Below the pieces are notes generated by a model, which searched no databases, was not told the DNA's origin, and saw only the letters and a list, made by a program, of their open reading frames with translations. From Vicugna vicugna (Eukaryota): 64,000 nucleotides of DNA. Every line of letters starts with the position of its first letter. Within the stretch, counting starts at the first letter, position 1. Below, piece after piece: positions 37,040 through 49,514 of this stretch. The DNA lies in the NCBI GenBank assembly GCA_013265495.1, contig MU058241.1:1553249-1617248 (forward strand), written 5' to 3'. Both the position numbers and the translations under genes were made by a program.

Positions 37040-37563
37040 TTTACACAGGCAAGTCACCATCACCCAGAGTCCATGGTGTACATTTAGGGTTCCCTCTTGG
37101 TGCGGTACGTCCTATGGGTTTGGACAAATGTAGAATGACATGCATCCACCATGACAGTGCCTATTCTGTATGAAGACAGGTTTGCCACCCTAGAAATTCC
37201 TCTATGCTCCACCTATTCATCCCCACCTTCCACCCCTGGGGACCACTGATTTTTTTTTTAATGTCTCTGTGGTTTCACACATCCCAGAATATCATATAGT
37301 TGGAATCATACATTCTGCAGCCTTTTCAGACTGGTTCCTTTCACTTGGTAATATGCATTTAAGGTTCCTCCACGTCTTTTCATGGCTTGACAGCTCTTTT
37401 CTTTTTAGCACTGAATGATATTTCATTGGCTGGACCACAGTTTATTCATTCACCTCCCGAAGGCGCCTTGGGTGCTTCCAAGTTTTGGTGGTTATGAATA
37501 AAGGTGCTGTAAACATCCACATGCAGGCTTTTGCATGCATGTAAGTTTCCAGCTCCTTTGGGA
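37040..37563 (-). mobile_element. L1MC-like 3' fragment
   Basis: ctatgggtttggacaaatgtagaatgacatg..gttggaatcataca..gccttttcagactgg..gctgtaaacatccacatgcagg. Confidence 0.8.
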
Positions 37564-37714
37564 TCGCTCTGTGTTCACGCTGCGTCTGCAACATGGGCAG
37601 AGTGCTAGGAATGGATGCTGTGGACTGATTCCGGGTGACAGCTGCAGAGATCGTGGGAGGCATAAGATTCCCAGTGTTCAGAGAAGGTGGGGGCCTCCTG
37701 GGAAGGTGCCCAGC

Positions 37715-37990
37715 TTCATTCTGTTCACTTCAGATACAAAGATGAATAAAAATCCGCCCCTCCCTCAGGGAACTGGCAGTTTAAACCACATCTTGTTGAA
37801 ACTACACATTAGAGAAGATATAACAGCAGTGGTTGTGGGTTCCAATGAGGGAACAGGATGCTTCATAGAGAAGATAACTGAACTGAGATTTCTAAGAAAA
37901 ACGGTGGCTCATAAATTTGGGGATAAGAGTCAGTGGGTAGAGAAAGGGGCATTCAAAGCAAGAAGAGTAGCTGGAACATAGACTTGGGGA
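37715..37990 (-). mobile_element. L2 fragment
   Basis: gatacaaagatgaataaaa..cctccctcagggaact..gcttcatagagaagataactgaactgaga. Confidence 0.55.
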
Positions 37991-38179
37991 TTTACCAAGG
38001 CAAACAAAGAAAGGGAAAAATACTAACTGCCATTAAAAGCCCATGACTCCATCCTAAAGACGGTGTAGAAGTTAAACACTTTTGTAATAAAGTCCATTTA
38101 CAGAGGCAATTTTGAATCACTGAAAGCTAACAGACTTACCTTACCTTCTTCTTTCTTAATGTATTGAAATAATGGATTT

Positions 38180-38890
38180 CATTTTTTTTATTGCAATACA
38201 ATTCACATCCCATAAAAGTCAGTATTTTAATGTGGACCATTTGATTGCTTTTAGTACAGTCACAAAGTTGTCTCCACTGTCTAATGTCAGAACGTGTTTA
38301 TCACGGCACAAAGAAACACTGTACCCATTACAGGTCACTTCCCAGCCACCCTCAGCCTCTGTCTTACTCTGTGTGAGCTGTTACAGGAAAAATACCCTAG
38401 ACTGGGTAGCTTAAATAAAAATTTATTTTTCACAAGTTTGGAGACTGGGAAGCGCAAGGTCAAGGTGCCGGCAGAATCTGGTGTCTGCTGAGAACCCCCT
38501 TCCTGGTTCACATAAGGATGTCTTTGTACTGTGTCCTCACATGGGGGAAGGGGTGACAGAGCTTGCCAGGGTCTCTTTGATAAGGGCATTGATTTCCTTC
38601 ATAAGGGCCCCACCCTCACAACCTAATCACCTCCCCAAAGCCTCACCTCCTAATGTCACCCTACTGGTGGTTAGCATTTTCAACATATGAGTTTTGGGCA
38701 AGACATAAATGTTCAGTCTGCTGAACCCCGGCAACCTTAAATCTACTTTCTGACACTACGGATTTGCATATTCTTGAAATTTCCTATTGACAGAATCATA
38801 GAGTATGTGGTTTCCTGTCTGTGACTTTTCCCCCTTAGCACAATGTTTTCGACGTCCGTCCGCAATGTTGCACGTATCAGCACTTTCTTC
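38180..38890 (-). mobile_element. L1MB-like 3' fragment split by an MLT1A0 insertion
   Basis: ttgcaatacaattcacatcccataaaa..tttagtacagtcacaaagttg..cacttcccagcc on the left resumes as ggcaaccttaaatctactttctg..gaatcatagagtatgtgg on the right. Confidence 0.75.
38360..38725 (-). mobile_element. MaLR solo LTR (MLT1A0-like)
   Basis: tgtcttactc..gactgggtagcttaaataa..caaggtgccggcaga..gtgtcctcacatgg..acctaatcacctccccaaag..tttcaacatatgagttttggg. Confidence 0.85.
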
Positions 38891-39339
38891 CCTCCAGGAA
38901 AAGCCTTTTTGCACGAGGCGAGCTCCGAGTCAGGTCAAAAACAGAGCAATAAACCATCCCTCAGGAATGAGGCTTTGCCGGAGCCCAGCCCTCCCTGCTC
39001 TCTCTGCCGCCTGCGAGGACAACCTGGGGGCGCTTGTTGCTCAAGGCCACCGTGGAGCTGGGCCACGGTGGCCTGCACCAGGCACGTTAAAATACGACCG
39101 AGCTCACTGTTCTTACTGAGATTCAGCTGTTTGCCTCAAACAAATGCTGCCAGGATGGCTGCAAGCCTTTGGTTAATTTCCAGATTCCTGAAAAAGTTAT
39201 TTCTGACAACTTTTTCTAGTGGTCTCACTGATTTTTTGAAGAAGAGAAATTCTGGAGGTCCTTACTCTGCCATGTTCACTGCTCTCTCTCTCTCTCTCTT
39301 TTTTTTTTGGTATTTTTTACACTTTATTCTTCCAAATTA

Positions 39340-39782
39340 ATTTTTTTAATTGAAATATAGTCAATTTACAATGCTGTGTTAACTTCTGGTGTACAGCATA
39401 GTGATTCATTTATACATATATATTCCTTTTCATATTATTTTTCATTATAGGTTACTATAAGATATTGAATTGTTCCCTGTGCTATATATTAGGACCTTGT
39501 TGTTTATTTTATATATAATATTTAGTACTATATATAAATATAATTTATCCCCCCACCCCCTTTTCCCTCAGTAACCATAAGTTTGTTTTCTGTGTCTGTG
39601 TGTCTGTCTCTGTTTTGTAAATAAGTTGATTTGTATCACTGTTTTAGATTCCACATATAAGTGATAATCTGGTATTTTTCTTTCTCTGTCTGACTTACTT
39701 CATTTAGAATGACATTCTCCAGGTCCATCCATGTTGTTGCAAATGGCATTATTTCATTCTTTTTTATGGCTGAATAGTATTC

Positions 39783-39827
<45 letters not shown>

Positions 39828-40066
39828 AAACAGTTTCTTTGTCTAGTCATCTGTCAATGGACATTTAGGTTGCTTCCATGTCTTGGCGATTGTAAATAGT
39901 GCTGCTATGAGCATTGGGGTGCAGGTGTCTTTTTGAATTAGAGTTTTCTCCAGGTATATGCCCAGGAGGGGGTTTGCTGGATCATACAGTAAATCTTTTA
40001 GTTTTTTAAAGAATCTCCATACTGTTTCCCACAGTGGCTGCACCAAATTCCATTCCCACCCACAGT
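39340..40066 (-). mobile_element. L1 3' end, 5'-truncated, containing a (TG)n microsatellite at about 39788-39824
   Basis: Reverse ORF WRFFKKLKDLLYDPANPLLGIY..DTCTPMLIAALFTIAKTWKQPKCP plus L1 3' UTR. Confidence 0.9.
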
Positions 40067-40149
40067 CATTCTGTTCTGCTTTCACTGATAAAACTTTATA
40101 AAGTAGATTGTAACACTGGCCACAGATTCCCACCTTCCTCTTTGTATGC

Positions 40150-40618
40150 ACGTCGTGTTACAATGTGAATTTGCAATTACTCCCTAGAAGCGCTGAGATG
40201 TATCAACCTTTGGCACCTGGATTTGGCCAACGGAAAGTAGCAGACACCAGCAGAGACTTGCAAAATACCTACACCCGGACTTGCACCCATCTGCTGGTGC
40301 TGAAACCACTGGAGTTGCAGCCTCAGGGACAAGCCTGGACCAGCCTGCTGGAGAACGTGGGAGCCATGTGGAGAGAGGCCCCAGGTGTTACTACCTTCAC
40401 AGATGAGGCCATTGTTAAGCCCAGTGACCCCAGGTGTTCATCCACGGATTACAGATGAAGGAGCCAAGATCCACCCACGGGGACCATCCTGGACAAGAAA
40501 AGCCACCCAGCTGAGCCCTGTGTAAATGTCAACCCACTAAATCAGGAGCTAAATAAGTGGGTACTGTGTGAAGCCACCAAGTTTTGAGATGGTGCAATAC
40601 ACAAAGAACCCTGACACA
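40150..40618 (+). mobile_element. MaLR solo LTR (MLT1G-like)
   Basis: tttggccaacggaaagtagcagac..cagcctgctggag..cacccagctgagccc..taaataagtgg..gaagccaccaagttttgagatgg..ctgacaca. Confidence 0.72.
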
Positions 40619-40789
40619 GTTTACGTCTTTATTAAATTCACCGTCTTCACCCTACCCCTCTATGAACATGCATCAGCTCTGGAGAACAACGTAGCCATTT
40701 CTGCAGTCTGCCTTTGCAACATCAGAATCGTTATGTTTGGCTCACGAACGACCAGGCCAACTTTGGAAATATCAGGGCTACAACTGTAT

Positions 40790-40900
40790 TTGAAGATTGG
40801 CACAGTGGTGACAATGCTTGAATCCTGCGGATGAGGTCACGGAAGATTCAATATCACAGTCTTTGTACTTGTGTGTTTGTTTGAAATTTTCCACGACACA
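40790..40900 (+). mobile_element. Old L1 (L1MC/ME) 3' tip
   Basis: tggcacagtggtgacaatgcttgaatc..gtacttgtgtgtttgtttgaaattttcca. Confidence 0.5.
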
Positions 40901-43900
40901 ACGCTTTTTTTATTGTTATTAAAAATTATGGTTAGCAATCACCATGCACTTTTTCTATCCCGCCTTGCCATTCAGAATAACATGGATGAGACTGAATTTT
41001 AAGATTTAAATTTTCATCTGTGCCCCCCTCTCTCTCTCTCTTGAAACATGATTATGTTATTTTTCTTCTAAGCCTTCGTTTCAAATGGCTGAGACTTCGA
41101 GAGGCAGATTGAAAGTACTTCCCTTTCAGAATAACAACAACCCCAAATAAACGATCTTTACTCGTATCACAGTTGATGTAAAAAAAAAAAATCAAAATGC
41201 ACAGTCTGCTGTGTGTCCGTGTCATACTTCGTGTGATGGCGACGGCTTGCTTTTATAACACCTAAGATACTGGCCACGAAAATGGACCACGGAGTAATCA
41301 GAGCGCTCAGTTCCATGCTGGAAAGAACTCTCTGCTTCTCTGCCAACATGAAAGAAAACCTAGGGCAGTGTGATTAACTCCCGACATTGGCAAATCCATG
41401 TTTTCGCATTCAGGAAAATATTCCTCGACCAACTAGGAAATGGTTTTGAGTACTACTTCAGTTTGTGCTTATGCTTATAAACCACAATTAAAACAGCAGG
41501 AAAGATGTGTCAAAATGGGTCTGAAGATGGTACTGCCGAAAACATTTTCTAGTTGGGTAACCCCGTTTTATTAGGATAATTAAAATATGTTATATGAAAT
41601 AATTGCGCTTAATCGTAACGGTGCCTCAAAAATCCATCTGCCATCCTTTGGACCGTCCCCCCTTCTCAGGCATTGGCGTTACTGGCATCCCGGAAAAAGG
41701 AACCACTTTATGTTGAAATTCATTCCTCAAAATCGGTGATTTAGAGACACGTTCATCCCTTCAGTCAAACCCTTTTCCTTCTGTGGCATGCACGTTTCTG
41801 TGGCGATGTTCCAAAAACGGTAAACTGGAAGTCCAGCCAAGGAGGTCAGTCCAGATGGACACTGAGGGGCAGAGCGGGACGGGGCTTGCTGCATACTGTT
41901 GCTGAATGTTTCAAACTGGACAGGCGACACTGAGTATCAATGCATGATCATAGCTGCCGGGGCTGGTGCAAAACCAGTTTTGTCACGGCCATTAATTTCT
42001 AGAAAAGGCCGCGTGCCATCGAGCGGTTAGGGAGCCTGCTTGTGGCCAGATCCCATCGCAAGATAATCCAAAGGCCTTGTCATTTCTCAGAACAAATGTC
42101 TGCGTCTTCAGAAGGGATTTCTTCTATTTCTGGAAGGCTTCTGTGGAGCAGGCACAGAGGCCGTGTTTTGCAGAGAACTCTGTAGTTTTGAAGCACGGAG
42201 AGGGATGTACTGACACCGGATGCCTGCGCATTTCAGGACCACGAGCGAGGGAAGTCTGAGATTCTGGCCCTTGCGTCCGCCCTGGAGCTAAACGGCCGTT
42301 TGGACAGAGGTATCCATCAAGTGCTCTCTCATGCATTATCTAAGATCACGGAAGACGGGCCATTTCGGGGTAATTGCTACCCTGCGACCCACGGCAACTT
42401 CAGGCGTCCTACCTGTAGTTTATCATCTTTTAGGAGAACTGGGCCACAAACAGAAGTGGCGGTGACTCACGCTTGCTTCAAAACTGAACACGAATCTTCC
42501 TCTTGCCTTCCGCCCCCCACCCCCACCCTGGCTCTTACTGCCACACATAACTCACTGGCGCATTCCTGTTTGTAACTGTCACCACTGCTGCATCTAAGCA
42601 GCCATGCACCAGCAGAAGGCCCCTCTATTGTCCCAGAAAATCTTTAACATGGCCTCGCTGAGACGGAAATGATACAATACAGTTTCAAATACTCCCCTAC
42701 CACAAGTTGCCCTTTAAAACACTGTTGTGGGAAAACAATACTACTATATAATTTTTTTTTCTATTTTTTAGCCCCAGAATTCACTAAACATCATTGGGCT
42801 GAAAATGAAAAGGGCAAACAATTCAAATGATAAAAGGTCAGAGGAATGGTTTACTGGCACTGAAACCGCTAATAGCAGGATGCAAATTCCTGCTCCTCCC
42901 ATGCATTCTCTTCAGTTTAAATAGAGTGTCAAAGATCTTAAGATACAATTAAACAAGATGAAAACATTTTAAACACGTTTAAAATGGCATCAAGTGCAGG
43001 CTTTGTTGTTCCTGTTGAAGCAAAGACATTGAACTTGTCCGGTCGTTGCTAAATTTCCATGTGACATAACATGTCACCCTGGGAAGTGGTATTTACTTTC
43101 CTAATGCCCCCTCAGGAAAGGTTAGGAGATGTGTATATTTCTGAAGATACAGTCAACCTAAATGTTAATTTTTGTTTTGCTTTTTCACCCTGGCCCAAAG
43201 CCATCCTCATTTTTCCTCTAGTCCAACTATCTAAAATAAGTTTCTTTTTAAGCCTGATGAAGCCTCAGATATTCCAGGGTCCAAAAATTCCCCAGGATTC
43301 CTTAGCAGATATTCACTAATGGAGAAAAATGAGCGATGAAGTATTCTGCAAATGGTAATAATTATTCCTTTGTGTAAGCAGAGTTAGTCAACAAGAATGT
43401 GGCTTCGGTGCAGTGGCAACATTCAAATCTCCGTCACTTCAGGAACAAAGGAGAGTCTTCCTTGCTCACCTTACATGTTCATCACGGGCCACCAGGGGCT
43501 CTGCTGTCATGTTTACCCTGAGATCCATCTAGGGGAGCAGCCTCTATCTGGGATGTTGAGCGAGCACAGAGAATGTTTCATGCTGGCAACCAGTGTTGTA
43601 GCTGTGAAGTGACACGTGACCTTTCCCCCCCAAGCACAACCTTATTATGTGTCTGGACTGTGCAACAAGCCAGAAACCTTTAGCCAACGCCACAGGGATG
43701 GCTGGCTGTACAATGGTCAACAAACCCAGAACCAGGCGCCCGTTTCTTTGAATGCAATAAATCAGCTCCATTAATCTGAACTCTCTTTTAACGGTCAGTA
43801 TACTTAAATGGCTTATTTGACTCTGGAAATGGCTCAAGTCTATATGCCAGCTCATGGAGTCAACACCCGTGTTTAACTCACACAACGGCGCCCTCCTGTG

Positions 43901-44184
43901 TTCCTTGCGAGGCGGATCAAAATAAGTTCCACCGATGACTTGTAATATCCAGCTGTCTGTATGACGTCGCAGTCTAGCCAGTGCTGCTAGGTATGGTTGC
44001 ACGGGTTGTGCACTGCACAGATTTAGACAGCACTGCTCCCACTGTGGTGTGTTCATGTCACACCTGGGGCTGTTCAACAGACAGCACAGTCATCTATGGA
44101 GAAGGTGAAAATCCATCCATTTGCTTTTTTTTTCCCAACGAAAACATCACTCCATAAATCTGAGCATAAAGCAGTCTATTTAGA

Positions 44185-44300
44185 TCCTGTTTTCTGTGTC
44201 TGTTTCCTCATCGGTAACGGGACAATGATAACATCTGATACGTATGCAGTGAAGACTGAGTAAATGAACTCACAGAAGCACTCGGAATGAATGAGTCTAA
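44185..44300 (+). mobile_element. MIR fragment
   Basis: tctgtgtctgtttcctcatcggtaacgggacaatgataac..gtgaagactgagtaaatgaa..agaagcactcggaa. Confidence 0.6.
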
Positions 44301-45087
44301 CCAAACATCATCCCATACGCCAGCCGGTCACAGCAGCGTGTGGCCCTGGGATGTGTCCCACCTCACCCTCGGTGCACTGAAACATGTGGCACAAAGTCAC
44401 ACTGTCTCTGCTCCTGATGTGGCCGCTGGGAACAGGCGCCCTCGATACCAGCTCTGACGGATGGGCTGTCTGGTATCTCTCTCTCGTAGCAGTTACCGAC
44501 CTGATGCATTTCCCGTGCTTGATAAAACGCCACGAGTGCCCTTTCCCGAATTATCTGAAACTCTGACTTCTCCCAACCTTTCCATATGGCACTTGTCACC
44601 TTAGTGGAGACACACTATGTCGCTTTCAAATCCTGCTGCAGAACGTCCCTCAGATTTTAACGCGGAGCTGACGCTCTGCATTAAGTGAACGTTTTCAACC
44701 CTGACTTTTAAAAACACAAAAGTACAGGAAACAAGCAACTCATGAATTAATTGGAAACATTACACTCAAGATACGTGGTATTATTTCAAAGGCTGCTGAG
44801 AGAAGGTGGCTTAAAAACATTCCACTGTCTTTTGAGCTTTTTCTACGACTAAAATCTGATCAATGAAACTAATATATAACCTTCACTGCTGTCTTTTACA
44901 TAATACACATGAAGCAATTTTAAAATATTTCAAAAGTGATAAAGTTTGCGGGGAGTTACAAAAAAATGTATTTCTTGCAGGATAATTGGTTCTGTGCAAA
45001 ACAACCATAAGACATTTCATCCATATCAAAAGGTCCTTGAAATGTGGTCCTGTCCAAAACAGCCATGGAGACTTCTGGTTCATAAGG

Positions 45088-45405
45088 TGTTTATTATGGT
45101 CGCTTCACAATAGCGTGTTAAGTTTCAGGTGTACAGCAAAGTGATTCAGTTATCCACACGTACATTTATTGCTTATCTTTTTCAGAGTCTTTTCCATCAC
45201 CGGTTATGACAAAGTATTGAATGCAGTTCCCCGTGCTATACAGTAACTCCTTGTTGCTTACCTCCTTTATGTATAGTCGTGTGTAACTGTTAATCCCATA
45301 CTCCCAGTGTGTCCCTCCCTCTGCCCGGTCCCTTTCCCACTTAGGCACCACAGGTTTGTTTTCCAGTCTGTAACTTTGTTTCTGTTTCGAGTATAGATTC
45401 ACTTG
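45088..45405 (-). mobile_element. L1 3' UTR fragment (artiodactyl-type)
   Basis: gtgttaagtttcaggtgtacagcaaagtgattcagttat..gttccccgtgctatacagta..ctgttaatcccatactccc. Confidence 0.8.
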
Positions 45406-46111
45406 ACAACCCGCTCCTCTGAAGACGGGACAGATGTGCCGGGTAAAATGAACCGCGTCACCCTGAAAAGGTCACTTTGAGGATTTGAACTTCATGAGCA
45501 GAAGTGCTTTTAGGCCAAACGTGTGCGGGTCTCCCAGACACAAGGTCCATTACGTTCTTCTTAGAAAACGCGGAAAACTGCTTCATGACGGTATTTCCCT
45601 TGCACGGAACACACGGCTCGTTTTCAACCTGCTAGGACTGTAATTAGGAACGCTGACGTTCCCTTAATTGAAAAGGCCCCTCTAACACACTCTTTGACAG
45701 AGTTAAATATTGGGGAATTACATTCACTTGATTCAGAGCCCCTTACACCCGGAGACGATCTAAAGCGACGTTCGCTGGAGGCAACTGGAGGGGCACAGAA
45801 GCGGTGGGGGGCACTGGGACGCGGAGGACGGCCAGGCACCCACGCCGCCTGGAGCAGTGGGAGGATGCCCAGGGGGACGGGCAGTGAGTGGAGGTCAGAC
45901 AGCTATGACTGACAGGGGACTCAGTCACCTCCATCACACGTCTCATCCTCTGAAGACAAGACGAGGTCATGAGGCTTGTCTTTACTGCAAGCCAGAGAGG
46001 AGCCTGGATCAGTCAATGCCTTTTGTCCACGCACACATCTGCCTCCTATGATCCACAGTCGAAAAGCAGAGAAGGGAGGACAAGGTTCTCTGTACCAAAA
46101 TTTAGCTTCTT

Positions 46112-46205
46112 GAGGGAGGCTAACAGCTCAGTGGTGGAGCACGTGCTTAGCACACAGGAGGTCCTGAGTTCTATCCCCAGCATCTCCGTTAAAAACAAAA
46201 CGAAA
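46112..46205 (+). mobile_element. tRNA-Ala-derived SINE, short-tail form
   Basis: cagctcagtggtggagcacgtgcttagcacacaggaggtcctgagttctatccccagcatctcc plus an A-rich tail. Degenerate TSD agcttc. Confidence 0.85.
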
Positions 46206-46759
46206 CTGAGCTTCCTCTAACTTCTCTGCTCCAAACATCTGTCCAGCCAAGAAGCTGCTTCATCTGGGTCTGGGGCCAGTTAAGAACTGGAAACACAGAC
46301 AAGTATGTCTTCAGGCAAAGACAGGTTACATCAGAACATGAACCGGGTGAAAACACACAAAAATTCTAGTTTGTGCCTGCGATGGTATCCATGTGCATCT
46401 GATCTTCAACCGCACACATTCAGGATTTCTTCCTTCTGGTTGTAGAAGAAATGAAGACGTTGTTTGTGGCCCCTGAAAAGAGGCCGTGTGCGCGATGGAT
46501 AATGTGGCCTTGGGCTGCCCTTTAACCAGTCAGTGGAAGTCAGGGGCCATTTCATTTCTTATCCGTCTCCACGCTTCCTACCCCTCCGTGGAGCCCCGGG
46601 GGCGGGGGTCTCCATCAATACGTCCTGACCTGAAACCCGCCTCCCCCTCACTTAACATCATGCCTCAAACATAGCAAACGCTCCGCACGCTTGCTGAAAC
46701 TGAGTCCCGTGAGAAAGCACAGCCCCAGAGCACGGGATTTTTAAATTGCCAAGAGACCT

Positions 46760-46765
46760 TTTATT
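46760..46765 (-). promoter_or_regulatory. Candidate distal polyadenylation signal
   Basis: Minus strand reads cAATAAAaggtctcttggcaatttaaaaatcccGTGCTCTGGGGCTGTGCTTTCT, i.e. hexamer plus a downstream GU-rich element. Confidence 0.45.
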
Positions 46766-48850
46766 GTAATTTTGTATTAACGTCAGAACAAGGGGGTCCT
46801 GGGAGACCTTCACAGGTGCACTCACTTCACGGACAGCATTGTCCAGACATGTGCCAAAGACTTGCCCGTCTCCACGCCTCACTGGCTGCCCTTCAGGGCC
46901 ACCTGAAATCACGTTCCTGTCTTGACTCCTTAGCTCCCACGATGGGTAGGCCGGGATTCTGCTTTCCAGGCAGCGTTACCGGCCTCCTAAAATAATGCCT
47001 ATGTATAGGTTACCATTTGCTTAGCTTTTCATATCCATGAAATGCTAGAAATACAAAGTCGTTTTCCAAGAAGAATTTGTTTAAAGCTTCAAAACCCACT
47101 AAGGTTTGGACATGCAACTCAAGAGCTCATACCAATGGGAACTGAAATTTCCTGTTGTACATTTCAAGCAAAACTTTCAGACGGTACGTGATTTGAAGTC
47201 GAAGGTAATTATGATTATTATAAATAAACCTGATTTTCAAATACCCTGAAAGATAATGGCAAGTGAAGCTATTCTGAGGCAAATACTGGAAAGCTCTTTG
47301 TACATCCAGACGTATGTGTGCCCTTCTTGGTTGTTAATATTGCACAGATTAAACAATTAATTCCATACACAGCCATGTATAAAAACACTGTGACAGTACC
47401 TCAAGTTATTTCGTCCTCAAATACACATCCCCACGTCATAAAGTGTTCCGTCAAAGTCCAATTTCACTGACTATGTTCAACTTGGAGTAAACACAATCAT
47501 CTTAAACATTAAGTTCATAACAGTGATCTTACAGAGTATTTTCCCTGATCATATGAGCAGTAATCCTAACACATTATTAACATGGTCTCTTTAATGTGCA
47601 CTCTTGAATGAGAGTATTTCCTACAACAATGTGACAGATGTTTGGCAATTGTTTTGGAATGAGAAATCCAGACCATAACAAGAATCCTGATTGCTTGCCA
47701 ACTTTGAACCATTCCCAGGGAGGCGGGGGAAATCATTTCTATTTTTTTTTTTAAGAAAAAGAAAGGTTAAAATCCAAACTAGCAGAACTTCAACAGGAGC
47801 TTGGGAAAGGCTTCCGAATCTCAGAAATTCTCCAGTGGGGACAAACGGAGGAAACTCCAGCCCACAGTCGGAAAGCCTGGGGCACAAGAGCATGCATCCT
47901 TTCCGAAGTGCGCGGCGGGGTCAGGCACTCCATTTACTGGCACCCTCATGGAATTGAGAAAACTCTGAGCTGAGAGTGATGTTCAGACATGTTCCCAAAA
48001 GAGATGAATGGGTGGCGGAAGGACGGCAGCTCCTGCGGACTGACCGACAGAGGAATTTGTGCAGTGTGGGCGGAGGATGCACAGTGTCTGAAGGTGACAG
48101 GTGTGTTCTCTGCGCGGGTGACGTCTTTCCGCGGGAGGGGCTGGCGGAACTCGCTCCAGCTCTGTCCCTATCCGCCGATCTCCCACGAGATCCGGTGACG
48201 CCATGTCCCTGCGTTCCTGAGCTTGGGGGAAATGGAATTTAAACAACAGTGCACATCTCATGGCGGATTCCAGGAATAGATATTTCTTAGCCACAGGATC
48301 AGACCACACAAAACACAAGTACCGACATCAACTATTGTTCTCTCAGCACTAAATTCTGCGAGAACTCAGGATGTCATGGTTATGGGCAAGGATCACGGAT
48401 TGCTTGTCCCCCTGACACCACACAAAATATCGTACATTCTCCACGCCGATGATTCTGAATTACATCACAAGGGACTCCTTGAACCGTAGCATTGCTGAAG
48501 TGGTCCTTCAGTTCAGAACCTCCGTTCCCCCAAAAAACAGTAGAACCCAAATACAATGCTATAAATTACGGGACAGAAATTTGTACAGAAGAGATCTGCC
48601 TTGGCATTATCATTCCCGAGGGGTTCCACCCAAAGTCTGCTGCACAAACAAATCTGTCTGTGAGTCTCTGCTGTTCTCACATAAACAGTATTAAGCTTCT
48701 AGTTCCAGATTTTAAATATTGCAAACTTCTTGAAGAAACTACGTATACACAACAGTAGATGTCATGATAGCATTTCGTACGTCTTGAAAATAATACTGAC
48801 AGTCATGGCCTTCCAATAGCCAAGCTGGAACTCACCATCATCCATTATTG

Positions 48851-48872
48851 TTTAATAAGACAGTCTTTTATT
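48851..48872 (-). promoter_or_regulatory. Candidate proximal polyadenylation signals (AATAAA 48867-48872, ATTAAA 48851-48856)
   Basis: Two canonical hexamers in tandem on the STS strand, about 650 nt after the stop codon. Confidence 0.5.
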
Positions 48873-48980
48873 CGTGATCAAGTTGCGTATGTTAGCCGCA
48901 GAGAGCACTTTTTAAACGTCATTCTGTTTTTCATCAGAGACCTCTGTGAGAATCACGGTGCCCACAGCATCACATCAGCT

Positions 48981-49151
48981 CATACCTTTTATTTTTTTAA
49001 ACAGAGTTTTAAAAAAAATTTTCTTTTACTATTTTTTTTTTGTGGGGGGAGGAGGTAAAGTCTGTTTACTTACTTTTAGAGGTACTGGGGACTGAACCCA
49101 GGACCTCCCGCATGCTAAGCATGCTCTCTATCACTTGAGCTACCCCCGCCC
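48981..49151 (-). mobile_element. tRNA-Ala-derived SINE in the STS 3' UTR (same orientation as STS)
   Basis: Head at about 49078-49151. TSD CAC(A/G)TCAGCT at 48971-48980 and 49152-49161. Confidence 0.9.
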
Positions 49152-49514
49152 CACGTCAGCTTGTCGGATGAGTGACACCTTCTGCCGTGGATCATACACG
49201 TTGGCTGAGAGGTGAAGAGGTGAGCTGTGCACCTTGCTACGCTCTGTCTGCACCGGTGTTGGACATACCCAGTGGAATCCCCTCTCCCGCATTCAGCCAC
49301 GGAAGATGGAACTCTCACATCCGTGCCTCTATTTACCCCATGGGGTAACTGCGGGGCTCTTGACGGAGTCTCCACGTGATAAGACAGAGGATGATCCAAA
49401 TCGCAGGTTTGATGATCCAAATCTGCCAGGGCCGGCTTTACCCAGGGTGGCTCCCAGTGTGCGTCCGTCATGTAGCTGGTGGGGCGGGCACGGTGCGTCC
49501 TCAGACACACACAG

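Larger units (their letters stand above)
46735..49514 (-). other. STS: STS 3' UTR (distal end uncertain)
   Basis: Sequence following the stop codon. The extent is inferred from minus-strand AATAAA hexamers. Confidence 0.5.

Noticed and set aside
43544..44077. 177-aa ORF; likewise the 194-aa (57561-58145) and 206-aa (61868-62488) ORFs
   Set aside because: No recognisable homology; composition is typical of non-coding translation.
45090..45095. Further distal STS polyA signal
   Set aside because: Lies at the tail of an L1 3' fragment, with no independent support for use by STS.
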